Shown one piece after another: positions 20,349 through 30,978 of a DNA stretch of 64,000 nucleotides. Each line of letters opens with the position of its first letter. Within the stretch, counting starts at the first letter, position 1. Source of the stretch: a virus. The DNA lies in the IMG/VR virus record IMGVR_UViG_3300045988_141197. One strand, written 5' to 3'. The notes beneath the pieces were generated by a model. That model saw only the letters and a list, made by a program, of their open reading frames with translations, was not told the origin of the DNA and did no database searches. The position numbers and the translations under genes were made by a program.

Positions 20349-21485
20349 ATGAACTTTAAAAGAGATGCTTTCAATATTGTATCATTAGCAATCCAAAATA
20401 CAATATTACCAGAAATCGTATCTGTACAACCAATGAGTACAGCAGCTCAATTATTACCATTACTAGAAATTAGATATGGAACAACTAAAGGTGCTGTTAC
20501 AGAAGGTGATCTAGTATTAGATTCAACAGGTATGGGAAGAACAGATAAAAATTATGATTCTAAAGTTGTTGAAAATCAAAAATTAACATCAGGAACAAAA
20601 GATATCGTAATTCCTTTCACACCAGTTGATGCTGGATCTTTCAAAGTAGTTAAAGGAACAACTGTTATCACAGATGACGGAAATGGAAATTTAACAGACG
20701 GTGGAAAAATTGATTATGCAAATGGTACAGTAACATTAAATACAGCATTAGATGCTGATGCATTAATGAGCTATACATATAACAATGCTGATGTACCAAC
20801 AACAGTTGGAGATATCACAATGGGAATTAACCCAGTTCTAATCGAAGCTGAAGAACACAAAATCAAAGCTGTATACGCTTTAACAGCTGCATACAGAATC
20901 AATAAAGAATATGGTGTAAATATGCCATTAGAATTTGAAAAACAAGTAGCTAACGAAATGAACAAAGAGAGAGAAAGAATCGTAATGGGAGATATCTTCG
21001 CTCAAGCTGCTGGTGGAAATTCAGTAATTTGGTCAGCTACACCAAGACCAGGTGTAAGTGATTCTGAACATGTAGAAAGTTTACCAATAGCTATTAACTT
21101 AGCTGCTGCTACAATCTACAACAGAACAAATGGTAACTTACAACCAAACTTTATAGTTGCTGGTGCAAACGTTATAGCTTACTTAGCTAAATCAAAAGTA
21201 TTTGAAGCAAACGAAGCTCCAAAAAATGGTGGATCTTTCGTAGCTGGTAAATTAGGTACTTTAACAGTATATCAAACACCTGCTATTGGAACAAATGACT
21301 TCTTCCTAGGAGCAATCGGAAATGACTTCTGGCAATCAGGATATGTTGTAGGTGATTATATGCCTATTACTTATACAACACCAGTTACATTAGCTGATTA
21401 TACTACTCAACAAGGATGGGTTTCTATCTATGGTAAGAAAATGGTTAATGCTAACCTATATATCAGAGGAAGAATTACAGTTTAA
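20349..21485 (+). CDS. major capsid protein (putative)
   Basis: 378 aa protein rich in G, A and T, downstream of the protease/scaffold gene and followed by a very strong terminator. No family-specific motif was verified. Confidence 0.5.
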   Translation: MNFKRDAFNIVSLAIQNTILPEIVSVQPMSTAAQLLPLLEIRYGTTKGAVTEGDLVLDSTGMGRTDKNYDSKVVENQKLTSGTKDIVIPFTPVDAGSFKVVKGTTVITDDGNGNLTDGGKIDYANGTVTLNTALDADALMSYTYNNADVPTTVGDITMGINPVLIEAEEHKIKAVYALTAAYRINKEYGVNMPLEFEKQVANEMNKERERIVMGDIFAQAAGGNSVIWSATPRPGVSDSEHVESLPIAINLAAATIYNRTNGNLQPNFIVAGANVIAYLAKSKVFEANEAPKNGGSFVAGKLGTLTVYQTPAIGTNDFFLGAIGNDFWQSGYVVGDYMPITYTTPVTLADYTTQQGWVSIYGKKMVNANLYIRGRITV

Positions 21486-21511
21486 TTTTAGAAATAAAAT
21501 TATATATAAAC

Positions 21512-21541
21512 AAAGAGATACAGAAATGTATCTCTTTTTTA
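21512..21541 (+). terminator. rho-independent terminator
   Basis: Hairpin aaagagatacagaaatgtatctcttt followed by tttt. Confidence 0.7.
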
Positions 21542-21634
21542 ATATCTTATACACCACCAGTAACTTTTGTGGATTTAATGGCTTGATAATATATTGATTA
21601 TATGTTATAATTATATTAAGGGAGGGTAATTGAG

Positions 21635-23245
21635 ATGAAAGATATTTGTCCAATTTGTAAAAAAGAATTTGAATTAAGTAAAGATCAAATTAGAAGAAAG
21701 AAAAAAGATGAAAATGCTAAATTGTATTGTAGTTTCTCTTGTAGAAATAAAGGAATAGCTCTATCTAAAATACAAAAAAGGCCTATATTAAAGTGTGCTT
21801 ATTGTGGAAAAGAGTTTGAACCATCTAGAGATCAATTTACCAGATATAATAAAGATCCTGAAGCCAACTTCTTTTGTTGTAAAGGTCATGCTATATCTTA
21901 TGGTAGTACTAAAGTAGATTATGAAGAGAGATCTAAGAAAGTATCTAAATTAGCTAAAGATAAAGAATATATAGCAGCTCGAACAACTAAAGCTAAACAA
22001 ACCAATCTAGAAAGATATGGAGTTGAAAATCCATTTCAAGCAGAGGTATTTAAGAAAAAAGCAAAAGAAACTAAGTTAGAAAAATATGGAGACTCTAATT
22101 ATAATAATAGAAAGAAAATGTTTGAAACAATGAAAGAAAATGGATTTAATATTTATGCTCCTAGGCCTGAAGTTGGTAAAAAAGTTAGTAATACTTGGAA
22201 AAATAAATCTGAAGAAGAAAAACAAATTATTAAAAATAAGCTTTCAGTTGCTAATACTAAAGCACATAATGAAATGACTTTAAGTAAAAAATTGGAAATC
22301 TCAATCAAGCAATCACAATCACAAAAAATTCGATGGGATGAAACTTCAGAAGCTGATAAAGCTAAAATATTTCAAAAAGTATTTAATCATCCTAATAATT
22401 CCATAAATGTAATTTCTAAATTAAATAAAGATATAGCTTCACACTTAGATATAAATGAATTCGAGTTTCAACTAGGTAGATATAGTTATGATCTTAAAAA
22501 AGAGAATACTTTAATTGAAATAGATCCTACTTATACACATAATTGTTTACAGAGTACTTGGTATGGTAGTGCTCCAAAATCTAAAGAATATCATAGAGAT
22601 AAAACTCAATACGCTCTAGATAATAATTTTGATTGTATTCATATATTTGATTGGGATGATATAGATAAAATATCTTATTTATTGCAAGATAAACAATCTT
22701 TATATGCTAGACAATTAACTATAAAAAGTGTGACTATAAATGAATGTGATGAATTCTTAAATAATTATCATTTACAAAACACTTGTAGAGATCAAACTAT
22801 TAGATTTGGGTTATATTATAAAGATACTTTAATACAAATAATGACATTTGGTAAACCTAGATATAATAAAAATTATGAATGGGAATTATTAAGATTATGT
22901 ACTCATAAAGATTATAAAGTTGTAGGAGGGGCTGAAAAATTATTTAAACATTTTGTAGATATTATTTCTCCTGAATCTATTATATCTTATTGTGATTTTA
23001 GTAAATTTACTGGAGAAGTATATAATAGATTAGGATTTAAAAAACAGGGAATAGCTATACCTTCTAAACATTGGGTTAAAGGAGCTCAGCATATAACAGA
23101 TAATTTATTAAGACAAAGAGGATATGATCAATTATTTAATACAAATTATGGTAAGGGAACTTCTAATGAAGAATTAATGTTAGAAAACGGTTGGTTACCT
23201 ATATATGACTGTGGTCAATTAACTTTTATTTGGAGAAAGGAATAG
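21635..23245 (+). CDS. zinc-ribbon protein, possible nuclease / homing-endonuclease-like
   Basis: Two C-x2-C...C-x3-C units at the N-terminus. Repeated ERYGVENPF and EKYGDSNY segments. Function is unverified. Confidence 0.35.
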   Translation: MKDICPICKKEFELSKDQIRRKKKDENAKLYCSFSCRNKGIALSKIQKRPILKCAYCGKEFEPSRDQFTRYNKDPEANFFCCKGHAISYGSTKVDYEERSKKVSKLAKDKEYIAARTTKAKQTNLERYGVENPFQAEVFKKKAKETKLEKYGDSNYNNRKKMFETMKENGFNIYAPRPEVGKKVSNTWKNKSEEEKQIIKNKLSVANTKAHNEMTLSKKLEISIKQSQSQKIRWDETSEADKAKIFQKVFNHPNNSINVISKLNKDIASHLDINEFEFQLGRYSYDLKKENTLIEIDPTYTHNCLQSTWYGSAPKSKEYHRDKTQYALDNNFDCIHIFDWDDIDKISYLLQDKQSLYARQLTIKSVTINECDEFLNNYHLQNTCRDQTIRFGLYYKDTLIQIMTFGKPRYNKNYEWELLRLCTHKDYKVVGGAEKLFKHFVDIISPESIISYCDFSKFTGEVYNRLGFKKQGIAIPSKHWVKGAQHITDNLLRQRGYDQLFNTNYGKGTSNEELMLENGWLPIYDCGQLTFIWRKE

Positions 23246-23270
23246 TATAAATCTATTCCTTTAATCTTAG

Positions 23271-23285
23271 GTAAAATATTAATAG
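23271..23285 (+). promoter_or_regulatory. promoter-like motif GTAAAATATTAATAG
   Basis: Copy of the conserved motif. Confidence 0.4.
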
Positions 23286-23307
23286 ATTAATTTAAAGGAG
23301 AATAAAT

Positions 23308-23667
23308 GTGAAAGATATACAAGATATAACAATTAACTTAATAACAGAATCATTTAAAGGTGATGAAGAATTATTAGCTCAATTTAAAGAAAGAGCTCCA
23401 AAATTCTATAAAGTATGTAGTATGATAGAAGAATTAAATCATGATATAGAATTTAAACCTAATTATAGTGTAGATTCTAAACAAAATGGTACTTTTGAGG
23501 TTAATTTTACTGTTGGTTTATCTAATGGTTCTATAATTAAAGGTTATTTAAATTCTAATGGTATTTGTAAAATCAAACCTAGTAATTTTATTCTTAATGA
23601 TGATACTATAGAATATTTAACTGGTTTAAATAATATATTAAAAAATTTTGAAAAACATGCTTGGTAA
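23308..23667 (+). CDS. hypothetical protein
   Basis: GTG start after RBS aaaggag. Confidence 0.45.
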   Translation: MKDIQDITINLITESFKGDEELLAQFKERAPKFYKVCSMIEELNHDIEFKPNYSVDSKQNGTFEVNFTVGLSNGSIIKGYLNSNGICKIKPSNFILNDDTIEYLTGLNNILKNFEKHAW

Positions 23668-24119
23668 GGAGATATAATATGAATCTACAAGAAATATATA
23701 TTAAATTAAGAGAATCTGAAGTATTTCCAAATAGTAAAATTGATAGTATAGTTTATCATGGAACTAATAATCAATTTGATAAATTTGATGTAACACATAG
23801 AACTAATAATGGTAAAATGTATGGAAATGGAATTTATTTTACATCTGATTTAGATTATGCTAAAAAATATACCAAAAGTGGAACAATACTTAAAGGGTAT
23901 ATTAATATAGAAAATCCATTTTATATTGGTTATCAAGAAACTTTAGAATATGCTATTCGTAGAGAAAACCCTTATGAAGTAGCTGATATATATTCCAAGA
24001 ATACAATTGATCCTAAGAAAGTAACCTCTTATTTAATATCTAGAGGTTATGATGGAATTAATATAGAAGATAAGATATTTGTGATTTTTAGCGAAGATCA
24101 ATTTAGTAAAATTGATTAA
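23661..24119 (+). CDS. hypothetical protein
   Basis: ORF with RBS aaggag. Confidence 0.45.
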   Translation: MVRRYNMNLQEIYIKLRESEVFPNSKIDSIVYHGTNNQFDKFDVTHRTNNGKMYGNGIYFTSDLDYAKKYTKSGTILKGYINIENPFYIGYQETLEYAIRRENPYEVADIYSKNTIDPKKVTSYLISRGYDGINIEDKIFVIFSEDQFSKID

Positions 24120-24158
24120 ATTAATAAATTGTTATAAAATATATGAGGAGGAAATAAT

Positions 24159-24923
24159 ATGCGTGCTTTATTTGTAGGTGATGTACATAATCATTCTTAT
24201 ATATTTGAGGATATTAAAAAATTAGATGATAAATATCACTTTGATAGAATAATATTTACAGGTGATTATGTAGATGATTGGATAACTGATAATCATCAAT
24301 CATTAGAAACTTTAGAAACTGTAATTAACTTAAAAAGAAGTAATCCTGAAAAATATACATTTTGTATAGGTAACCATGAATTAAGTTATTTAGGTTATCC
24401 TTGTTCAGGACATAGGTATGAACTAGATGATATTATGAATATGAAGTTAAAAGATAATATTGATTGTTTTGATTTATATACAATAGTCACTTTAGGAGAT
24501 ACTGACTATGTTTGTACCCATGCTGGAATTAATAACGACTATGTTAAACATGTATTACAAGGTGATTGGAGAGAAGAGCTTAAAAAATTAAATAAAGATA
24601 AGTTAGCTAATTTATATTTAACTACTATGTGTTCTTATCTTAGAGGAGGGTATAATGAATTTAGTTCTTTTTTATGGTGTGATAAAAGAGAACATGAATA
24701 TCTAAATAGATTTGAAGAACCTACAATCCCTTATCAAATTGTAGGACATACACCTGTTGAAACAATTACTGCTTTATCTAGTGAGAACTATACAACCTAT
24801 TTTATAGATACTCACTCTACTTATAAAGATGGTTCTGAATATGGTGATAAGTCATATTTATTTTGGAATGAAAATCAATTTGAATATTTAAAAAGGAGTG
24901 AAATAGATGAAAATAAAAAATAA
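24159..24923 (+). CDS. calcineurin-like metallophosphoesterase (lambda-type Ser/Thr protein phosphatase)
   Basis: Motifs GDVHN, GDYVD and GNHE in the canonical order. Confidence 0.75.
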   Translation: MRALFVGDVHNHSYIFEDIKKLDDKYHFDRIIFTGDYVDDWITDNHQSLETLETVINLKRSNPEKYTFCIGNHELSYLGYPCSGHRYELDDIMNMKLKDNIDCFDLYTIVTLGDTDYVCTHAGINNDYVKHVLQGDWREELKKLNKDKLANLYLTTMCSYLRGGYNEFSSFLWCDKREHEYLNRFEEPTIPYQIVGHTPVETITALSSENYTTYFIDTHSTYKDGSEYGDKSYLFWNENQFEYLKRSEIDENKK

Positions 24924-25248
24924 AAAGCTTGTATGGAATGTTTTATTACATGATTTTAATTCAGATAAAATAATAACATATAATGTGTTTAGTGATGAAT
25001 TTAAAGAAAATTTATATAAAGAATATAGAAAAAAGAAAATTAATAATAAGTTAGAATTGAAAGAGTATATTAAATCTAAAATGATGTATCATTATTGGTC
25101 ACGCTCTGAATATGAAATAGCTGTTGGTGGACTACATAGTAAGTATCCAGAAAACTTTGAAAAGATAGATGCATATCATCAACTAGAAATGAATTTAGAC
25201 CATATAGTAGATTATATTAATGATTATCTAGAGATGAATTTAGATTAG
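24907..25248 (+). CDS. hypothetical protein
   Basis: ORF overlapping the end of the upstream gene. Confidence 0.4.
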   Translation: MKIKNKKLVWNVLLHDFNSDKIITYNVFSDEFKENLYKEYRKKKINNKLELKEYIKSKMMYHYWSRSEYEIAVGGLHSKYPENFEKIDAYHQLEMNLDHIVDYINDYLEMNLD

Positions 25249-25284
25249 TTGAAATATTTTTGACTTAATAATATAATATAAGTG

Positions 25285-25322
25285 AAGATTAATAAATTTT
25301 GTAATTTATTAATCTTTTTTAT
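25285..25322 (+). terminator. rho-independent terminator
   Basis: Hairpin aagattaataaatt/aatttattaatctt followed by a T-run. Confidence 0.6.
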
Positions 25323-25362
25323 TTAATAAAGTTGTTATTATAAATAAAGGAGGGTATATAAT

Positions 25363-25548
25363 ATGAATCAAGATGATGTTATTATTAAAATACAGATAGA
25401 TAGTAATCTTTCAGCTGAAGCTAAACAAAAAATCTATATGGATGTTATTAATGGTCTTAATGATCGTTATCTACCTGTACTTAGTATTATGAATAATGAT
25501 GTTGAAGTATTTAATAATCAAACAGGTTTTACTGAAAGGAAGATTTAG
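25363..25548 (+). CDS. hypothetical small protein
   Basis: ORF with RBS aaggagg. Confidence 0.4.
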   Translation: MNQDDVIIKIQIDSNLSAEAKQKIYMDVINGLNDRYLPVLSIMNNDVEVFNNQTGFTERKI

Positions 25549-25721
25549 ATGGGAAAAATAATTGATATTGAAGCTAATTTAGAACATAAGGTTTCTGAGG
25601 TTATATGTATTAAATGCTTACATCGTTGGATAGGTATAATACCAACAAGAGTTTTATTAAAAGAATTAGAATGTCCTAATTGCAAAGAAATAGGTTATGT
25701 TATTGAAACAGGGGAGAGATT

Positions 25722-26279
25722 ATGAATGAGATTGATAAGATAATAGATTTAGCTACTAATTGGTGGATAGATGTAATTCAAGATCCTAAATTTGATAATG
25801 GAGATACGTCTCAAACAGGAGCTATATCTATGATAATGAGTAAGATGTTAGTTAAAGATACTAATCAAGAACAGCTAAATAAATTTAAGCAAATAATTCA
25901 AAATAAAATATATGAAAATTTAGTATATGATAGAGACTATATATTATCTGTAGATTATGGACCTTGTAGAGATTTATATGAAGCTGCTCAAGAATCTGGT
26001 ATAAGTGAAAATAACTTTCCTTGTAAAACAACTATGTGGATAGGTAAAGATCATTTGATTGTTTCTTATGGATATAGATCTCCTTTAGAAATATTATATG
26101 CAAACGAATCTTATTATGAAAATAAAATAGCTTCATGTTTAAAAGCTATTAGAGATCACAAACATAAACCTGATGATTATTATACATTTGGATCTAGAGA
26201 AGAAATAATAAAGGAATATGAAGATGAAATTGAACAATATAAAAAAGCTTTAGAGGAGTTGAAGAAAAATGAAGCATAG
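25722..26279 (+). CDS. hypothetical protein
   Basis: ORF from the six-frame track. Confidence 0.45.
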   Translation: MNEIDKIIDLATNWWIDVIQDPKFDNGDTSQTGAISMIMSKMLVKDTNQEQLNKFKQIIQNKIYENLVYDRDYILSVDYGPCRDLYEAAQESGISENNFPCKTTMWIGKDHLIVSYGYRSPLEILYANESYYENKIASCLKAIRDHKHKPDDYYTFGSREEIIKEYEDEIEQYKKALEELKKNEA

Positions 26280-26481
26280 TGAAATCTGTCCTGTTTGTAA
26301 AGGTACTGGAATATATAAAGAATATTATGATTATGTTAATACTACTGGAGCTTTTTCACAAAGAACTTGTCATGGTTGTCTAGGTAAGGGTTGGATAGTT
26401 ATAGAAGATTCTTCAAGTCCTTATAGACATCCTGATCAAGGACCTGAAATATTATATAATCAAGAAAGGAGCTTTAAATGA
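26269..26481 (+). CDS. DnaJ-type CxxCxGxG zinc-finger protein
   Basis: CPVCKGTG and CHGCLGKG motifs. Confidence 0.55.
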   Translation: MKHSEICPVCKGTGIYKEYYDYVNTTGAFSQRTCHGCLGKGWIVIEDSSSPYRHPDQGPEILYNQERSFK

Positions 26482-26999
26482 AGAAGACAATAGTTTTTGA
26501 TTTTGATGGTGTAATTCATAAATATAGTAAAGGTTGGCAAGATGGCTCTATTTATGATAAACCTAATGAAAACATTAAAGAAACAATTAAAAAGTTAAGA
26601 GCAAATAATTATGAAGTGGTAGTAGTCTCTACAAGATGCTCTACAGAAGAAGGAATTGATGCTATTCGTAATTGGTTATTTGATAATGGTATAGTAGTAG
26701 ATAAAGTCTGTAAAGAGAAACCTCCAGCTTTAGTTTATATTGATGATAGAGCTATTTGTTATGATCCCAATTCATCTACATTATATGATCAAATTATAAA
26801 CTTTGAACCTTATCAAAAAAGTTTAAAGAAATATGAAGAAATGAATGAATTAGAATTACTTGGCTATTTATCTATACAGAATAAATTATTTCAAGAAGTT
26901 AACGATCAATTAGAAGCTAAATATCCAGCTAAAGATAATCCTATTATATCTATTAAAATAATGGACGACTGGATTAAGGCTATACAGAAATATCTATAG
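26478..26999 (+). CDS. HAD-superfamily hydrolase (nucleotidase-like)
   Basis: N-terminal FDFDGVI (DxDG motif I). Confidence 0.6.
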   Translation: MKKTIVFDFDGVIHKYSKGWQDGSIYDKPNENIKETIKKLRANNYEVVVVSTRCSTEEGIDAIRNWLFDNGIVVDKVCKEKPPALVYIDDRAICYDPNSSTLYDQIINFEPYQKSLKKYEEMNELELLGYLSIQNKLFQEVNDQLEAKYPAKDNPIISIKIMDDWIKAIQKYL

Positions 27000-27011
27000 A
27001 GGCAATATTTT

Positions 27012-27257
27012 ATGTTAAAAGAATGTGAGGATTGTATTTATAATACAACTACATTAGCTTGCTTTAATTGTAACGTCTATAAAGTAGATAAAGCAATAAC
27101 TAATATTAATAAATATATAAAAGAGGGAGATACAGGTAAATTTTTATTTCTCTTTAACAATAAATATAAAGACATAATTAATAATAATATAAATACTCAA
27201 ATGATAGAGTGTAAGTTTATATCAACAAAAAGAATCCAAAAAGAAAGCAGTTTTTGA
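27012..27257 (+). CDS. hypothetical Cys-rich small protein
   Basis: ORF from the six-frame track. Confidence 0.4.
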   Translation: MLKECEDCIYNTTTLACFNCNVYKVDKAITNINKYIKEGDTGKFLFLFNNKYKDIINNNINTQMIECKFISTKRIQKESSF

Positions 27258-27833
27258 TCATGTTAAATTTAATTGGGATTTATTATTATCAAAAGATCCA
27301 TCTAAAGAAATCTTATTTGATATAGTTTTGAAAATTAATCAACTATTAGATTATTTGCAAGAAAATGAATAAAACCCGTTGTATTTTTTAAAAACCTATA
27401 GTATAATTTAGGTAGGTGATACTTAATTGAATTTATATGATATCTATATTTTGTAAACCATTATATTTATATTATAATAATCACCACCACACTTTCAGTA
27501 TTATAGAATATATTTAAAACCTATTGCCAAGTAGATATAAATAATATATTCTATAATGCATATATTAATTTTTTAAATCTTATTATGTAAAATAATAATA
27601 AGAAAGGAGTTTGAATTACTATGAAATTATTTAACACATTACAAGAATTAATTAGCTTTATGTGGCCGGTACAATATAGTATCGTTTATTCATCATGCTT
27701 AATTAATAATGTTAAATAATAGTAATTAGAAAACTCAACTAAAATACTAAGCTATCTTATATTCCACACATAGATAGAAAACAGATTACTGGGAAGATAT
27801 ATTCTAATTACTAGAATATATCTTTTTATTTAC

Positions 27834-27912
27834 CTGGGAGTTGGGGAGTTGGTCACCCCGCCAGCTTTGGGAGCTGGAGAACTCGTGAGTTCGAATCTCA
27901 CCTCTCAGACCA
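27834..27912 (+). tRNA. tRNA-Pro (anticodon TGG)
   Basis: Manually folded cloverleaf. C1-G72 acceptor pair, D-arm gggg/cccc, anticodon loop tttggga, T-arm gtgag-ttcgaat-ctcac. CCA is encoded. Confidence 0.7.
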
Positions 27913-27954
27913 AAAATCTAGCAATATAATATAGAAGGGAGGAAGTTAAAAGTT

Positions 27955-28551
27955 ATGTTTAGGAAATTAAAAGATTGGAATTTTGAAAGAAAAATGGCTA
28001 ATCAGAGAAAAAAGAAAAAATTCGCTGATTGTGACTGTTGGGGAATGCATTATTGGCTTAGTGATACATTTGCAGACATGATATTAAATCTTCGTGATAT
28101 GAAACATGGTGCACCTGAGTTAGAATTTGAAGAATATAATACATTACCTGCAGAATGGTTAGATAAAGAATTAGCTATTTATAAAGAAAAACAAATTAAA
28201 GAAGGATATACATATGAAATAAATATATTCACTAAATGGTATATTATATTAACAAGAATAGCTTATTGTTTAAAACAAGCTAATGATGAAATAACTATTA
28301 TTGATAATGAATATAGAGAAGAATTTGACCGAGTTGTTTGGGGAGATGGATCTTTTTTAGATCATATGGTACCTTGTAAGTTTGATTCCCAAGGTAAACC
28401 TACTTGCTATGAACTAAAAACAAATGAACCTCCTGAAGAACTTAAAGAAAAATATTTTAATAGAGAACAAGAAATATTTGAATATAGAAATAAAATGAAA
28501 GATGAAGCATTTGATCTAATTAAAAAATATTTCTGGAATTTATGGGATTAA
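27955..28551 (+). CDS. hypothetical protein
   Basis: ORF with RBS gggagg. Confidence 0.45.
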   Translation: MFRKLKDWNFERKMANQRKKKKFADCDCWGMHYWLSDTFADMILNLRDMKHGAPELEFEEYNTLPAEWLDKELAIYKEKQIKEGYTYEINIFTKWYIILTRIAYCLKQANDEITIIDNEYREEFDRVVWGDGSFLDHMVPCKFDSQGKPTCYELKTNEPPEELKEKYFNREQEIFEYRNKMKDEAFDLIKKYFWNLWD

Positions 28552-28781
28552 TGAAAATAACAAAGAACAGATCTTAATAAGACATAAGATGTTATTAATA
28601 AATAAAGGAGCTTAATAATGAAAAAACTAATTTATTTTATAAAACAACTATTTTGTGATCATATTTATGGAGATGGTATAATGAACCCTTTTGTAGATCA
28701 ATATGGAAATCATTCAGCTGTTTACCTTGTATAAAATGTGGTCATAGAAAGTTTAAAACTTTTGAAAAGAAATAATTAAAT

Positions 28782-28871
28782 GACACAATGGCAGAGTTTG
28801 GTTTAATGCACCAGTCTTGAAAACTGGCAGTCGGAAACGGCTCGTAGGTTCAAATCCTACTTGTGTCGCCA
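28782..28871 (+). tRNA. tRNA-Ser (anticodon TGA), type II
   Basis: Acceptor gacacaa/ttgtgtc, anticodon stem ccagt/actgg with loop cttgaaa, long variable arm, T-arm gtagg-ttcaaat-cctac. CCA is encoded. Confidence 0.7.
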
Positions 28872-28896
28872 GAATAAATATTAAAGGAGTTATCAT

Positions 28897-29775
28897 TTGA
28901 GTGGGATCAATTTAAAAGAACAAGAATATAGCAGTAGTCAAAATGAACTAACTGTTGAAGATAAAGATAAAATATTAAGAATAGATAATAAATTACCTCA
29001 AATCATATTACCTCAATCTAAAATAGGAATGTTTATAGATTGGTATAATAATGATCTAAGATTATTAGGTACTTTACCTGAAGCTTATAATGAAGGTTAT
29101 TTAATTATTGAAAATGATATAATTCAAATTGATATTAGTAAACAGTCTGAATATATTAAAAGTTTAGCAAAACAGTTAAATGGTACATATCGTCAAGTTG
29201 AAAATCGTTTAAAATATTTTATAGAAGGTCTTGAAAAAGTTACTATGTATTTTAAATATGCTGATAATAATATACAGATTTGGTTATATGGTAAAGACAA
29301 TACTATTGTATCTAAAATATCATTTCAAGTGCAAGAAGGAGAAAATAGTTTAGTTGCTGATAGATATATAGATGAATTTACTAACTGGGATGATTTATTA
29401 AATGAATTTAATTTTTACTGTGTAATATTACTAACATCTAGTTTATGGTATATAGCTACTACAACAAAGACTACTAAATACTATTATGAAGAAAATAGAC
29501 CTAGATATACATATTCAGCTAATGAAAAATCTATAAAATCAATATCTAAACACAAGACTATAAATACACCTATTTATGATTTTAATAAGATTAAGAAAGT
29601 TAAAGTTGAAAGTCTAATTAAGAAAAGAAAAGGATGGACATATTCACATTCTTTTCAAGTACATGGACATTATAGACATTATAGTAATGGTAAAACTGTA
29701 TTTATTAATTCTTATATTAAAGGAAAAAATAAAGAACTACAAAGTCAAATAATAACATTAAATCCAAAGGAGTAA
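28897..29775 (+). CDS. hypothetical protein
   Basis: TTG start after RBS aaaggag. Confidence 0.4.
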   Translation: MSGINLKEQEYSSSQNELTVEDKDKILRIDNKLPQIILPQSKIGMFIDWYNNDLRLLGTLPEAYNEGYLIIENDIIQIDISKQSEYIKSLAKQLNGTYRQVENRLKYFIEGLEKVTMYFKYADNNIQIWLYGKDNTIVSKISFQVQEGENSLVADRYIDEFTNWDDLLNEFNFYCVILLTSSLWYIATTTKTTKYYYEENRPRYTYSANEKSIKSISKHKTINTPIYDFNKIKKVKVESLIKKRKGWTYSHSFQVHGHYRHYSNGKTVFINSYIKGKNKELQSQIITLNPKE

Positions 29776-29780
29776 TTAAA

Positions 29781-30128
29781 ATGATTAGTTTAGAACAATT
29801 AATGAAAGATTTAAAAAGAGAATTTATAGTAGATGAAACATTAAAAGCTTATTTATATGAAAATAAAATTGAGTTTGTTGATTATACTTCTCCTATAGAT
29901 TTAGAAAATGGAGATAAATTAGAAGATTTCTATGGTAATCTTTGTACTATATATCTTGATAAAGAGAACAAAATTTCAACTATAGAAAACTCTTGTATTA
30001 ATTTAATAACTCCTGTTAATGTAAAAGTTATAAATTTTCTAACTAGTTTAATTGGAGAAGAGATTGAAGCTTATGATCAATATCCTAAACTTCCTTCTAT
30101 TAGAGAATTAGATTGTAAAGAATTATAA
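29781..30128 (+). CDS. hypothetical protein
   Basis: ORF with RBS aaggag. Confidence 0.45.
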   Translation: MISLEQLMKDLKREFIVDETLKAYLYENKIEFVDYTSPIDLENGDKLEDFYGNLCTIYLDKENKISTIENSCINLITPVNVKVINFLTSLIGEEIEAYDQYPKLPSIRELDCKEL

Positions 30129-30173
30129 AAATATTAGACTTTTATTATTAACATGTTATATATTATATAATAT

Positions 30174-30259
30174 GGTGGAGTGGCCGAGTGGTTAAAGGTG
30201 GTAGTCTGTAAAACTATTCTCATACGAGTTCATAAGTTCAAATCTTATCTCCACCACCA
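30174..30259 (+). tRNA. tRNA-Tyr (anticodon GTA), type II
   Basis: Acceptor ggtggag/ctccacc, anticodon loop ctgtaaa, long variable arm, T-arm ataag-ttcaaat-cttat. CCA is encoded. Confidence 0.7.
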
Positions 30260-30416
30260 CTGAAAGAAGATAATTAGATTTAAGGTAATTGCAAGCCTTT
30301 AAGCAAACCTATTAATAATAATTGTGAGACTGGCCAGATATAGTCAATTTGAAATAGGAATAAAGATACCAAATATATTATCTTCTTTCTTCATTAATAA
30401 TTTGGAGGTAGAATAT

Positions 30417-30656
30417 ATGACATATACAGAATGGTTAGATAAAAATTGGGAAAAAGATAATATGTTTCCACCTTGTTTAGAACCTCAAGAAGCTTTATCA
30501 TTTTTAGAAAAATATTTATTAGGAGAAGATTATTATATAGTTAATCCTATGCCTAATATTCAAGCAAATTGTGAAGTTGTCCATGATATATTATATAAAT
30601 ATTCTAGAAAATATAGAAAAGAAGTAAAAGAAAGAAATAAAATAAGAAAGAAATAA
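30417..30656 (+). CDS. hypothetical protein
   Basis: ATG at 30417 after RBS ggaggtag. The ORF track extends the frame back to 30324. Confidence 0.4.
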   Translation: MTYTEWLDKNWEKDNMFPPCLEPQEALSFLEKYLLGEDYYIVNPMPNIQANCEVVHDILYKYSRKYRKEVKERNKIRKK

Positions 30657-30661
30657 TTTAT

Positions 30662-30735
30662 GCAGGTTTAGTGTAACGGCAGCACTTTGATCTCCAAAAT
30701 CAACAGTTATGGTTCAAATCCATAAACCTGTGCCA
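30662..30735 (+). tRNA. tRNA-Trp (anticodon CCA)
   Basis: Acceptor gcaggtt/aacctgt with a G1-U72 wobble. Anticodon stem ttgat/atcaa with loop ctccaaa. T-arm tatgg-ttcaaat-ccata. CCA is encoded. Confidence 0.65.
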
Positions 30736-30901
30736 AAGATCTTTTACTAGAGAAGATCTTTTCACTGTATGTAATTGATTGTTCATTTTACCTATAAGAA
30801 GGACTCACCTCCTTTCTGGAAAAATGAGAGAAGATGAAGAAGAATATAGATATTATATAATTTGTTTCTAGTGCTTATTATATAATATCAAAACTTTATA
30901 T

Positions 30902-30978
30902 AGCGATATAGCATAGTTGGCTAATGCAGGGCGTTCATACCGCCAAGATCATTGGTTCGAATCCAATTATCGCTACCA
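30902..30978 (+). tRNA. tRNA-Met/Ile2-type (anticodon CAT)
   Basis: Acceptor agcgata/tatcgct, D-stem gcat/atgc, anticodon loop ttcatac, T-arm attgg-ttcgaat-ccaat. CCA is encoded. Confidence 0.65.

Noticed and set aside
20771-21653. Minus-strand ORFs 20771-20965 and 21456-21653
   Set aside because: Antisense to the capsid gene and its terminator region. No translational signals.
30775-30800. Perfect anti-Shine-Dalgarno-like sequence cacctcctttc (would give a strong SD on the minus strand)
   Set aside because: The nearest minus-strand start codon is ~18 nt away and gives only a 28-aa ORF antisense to tRNA-Trp. Considered coincidental.
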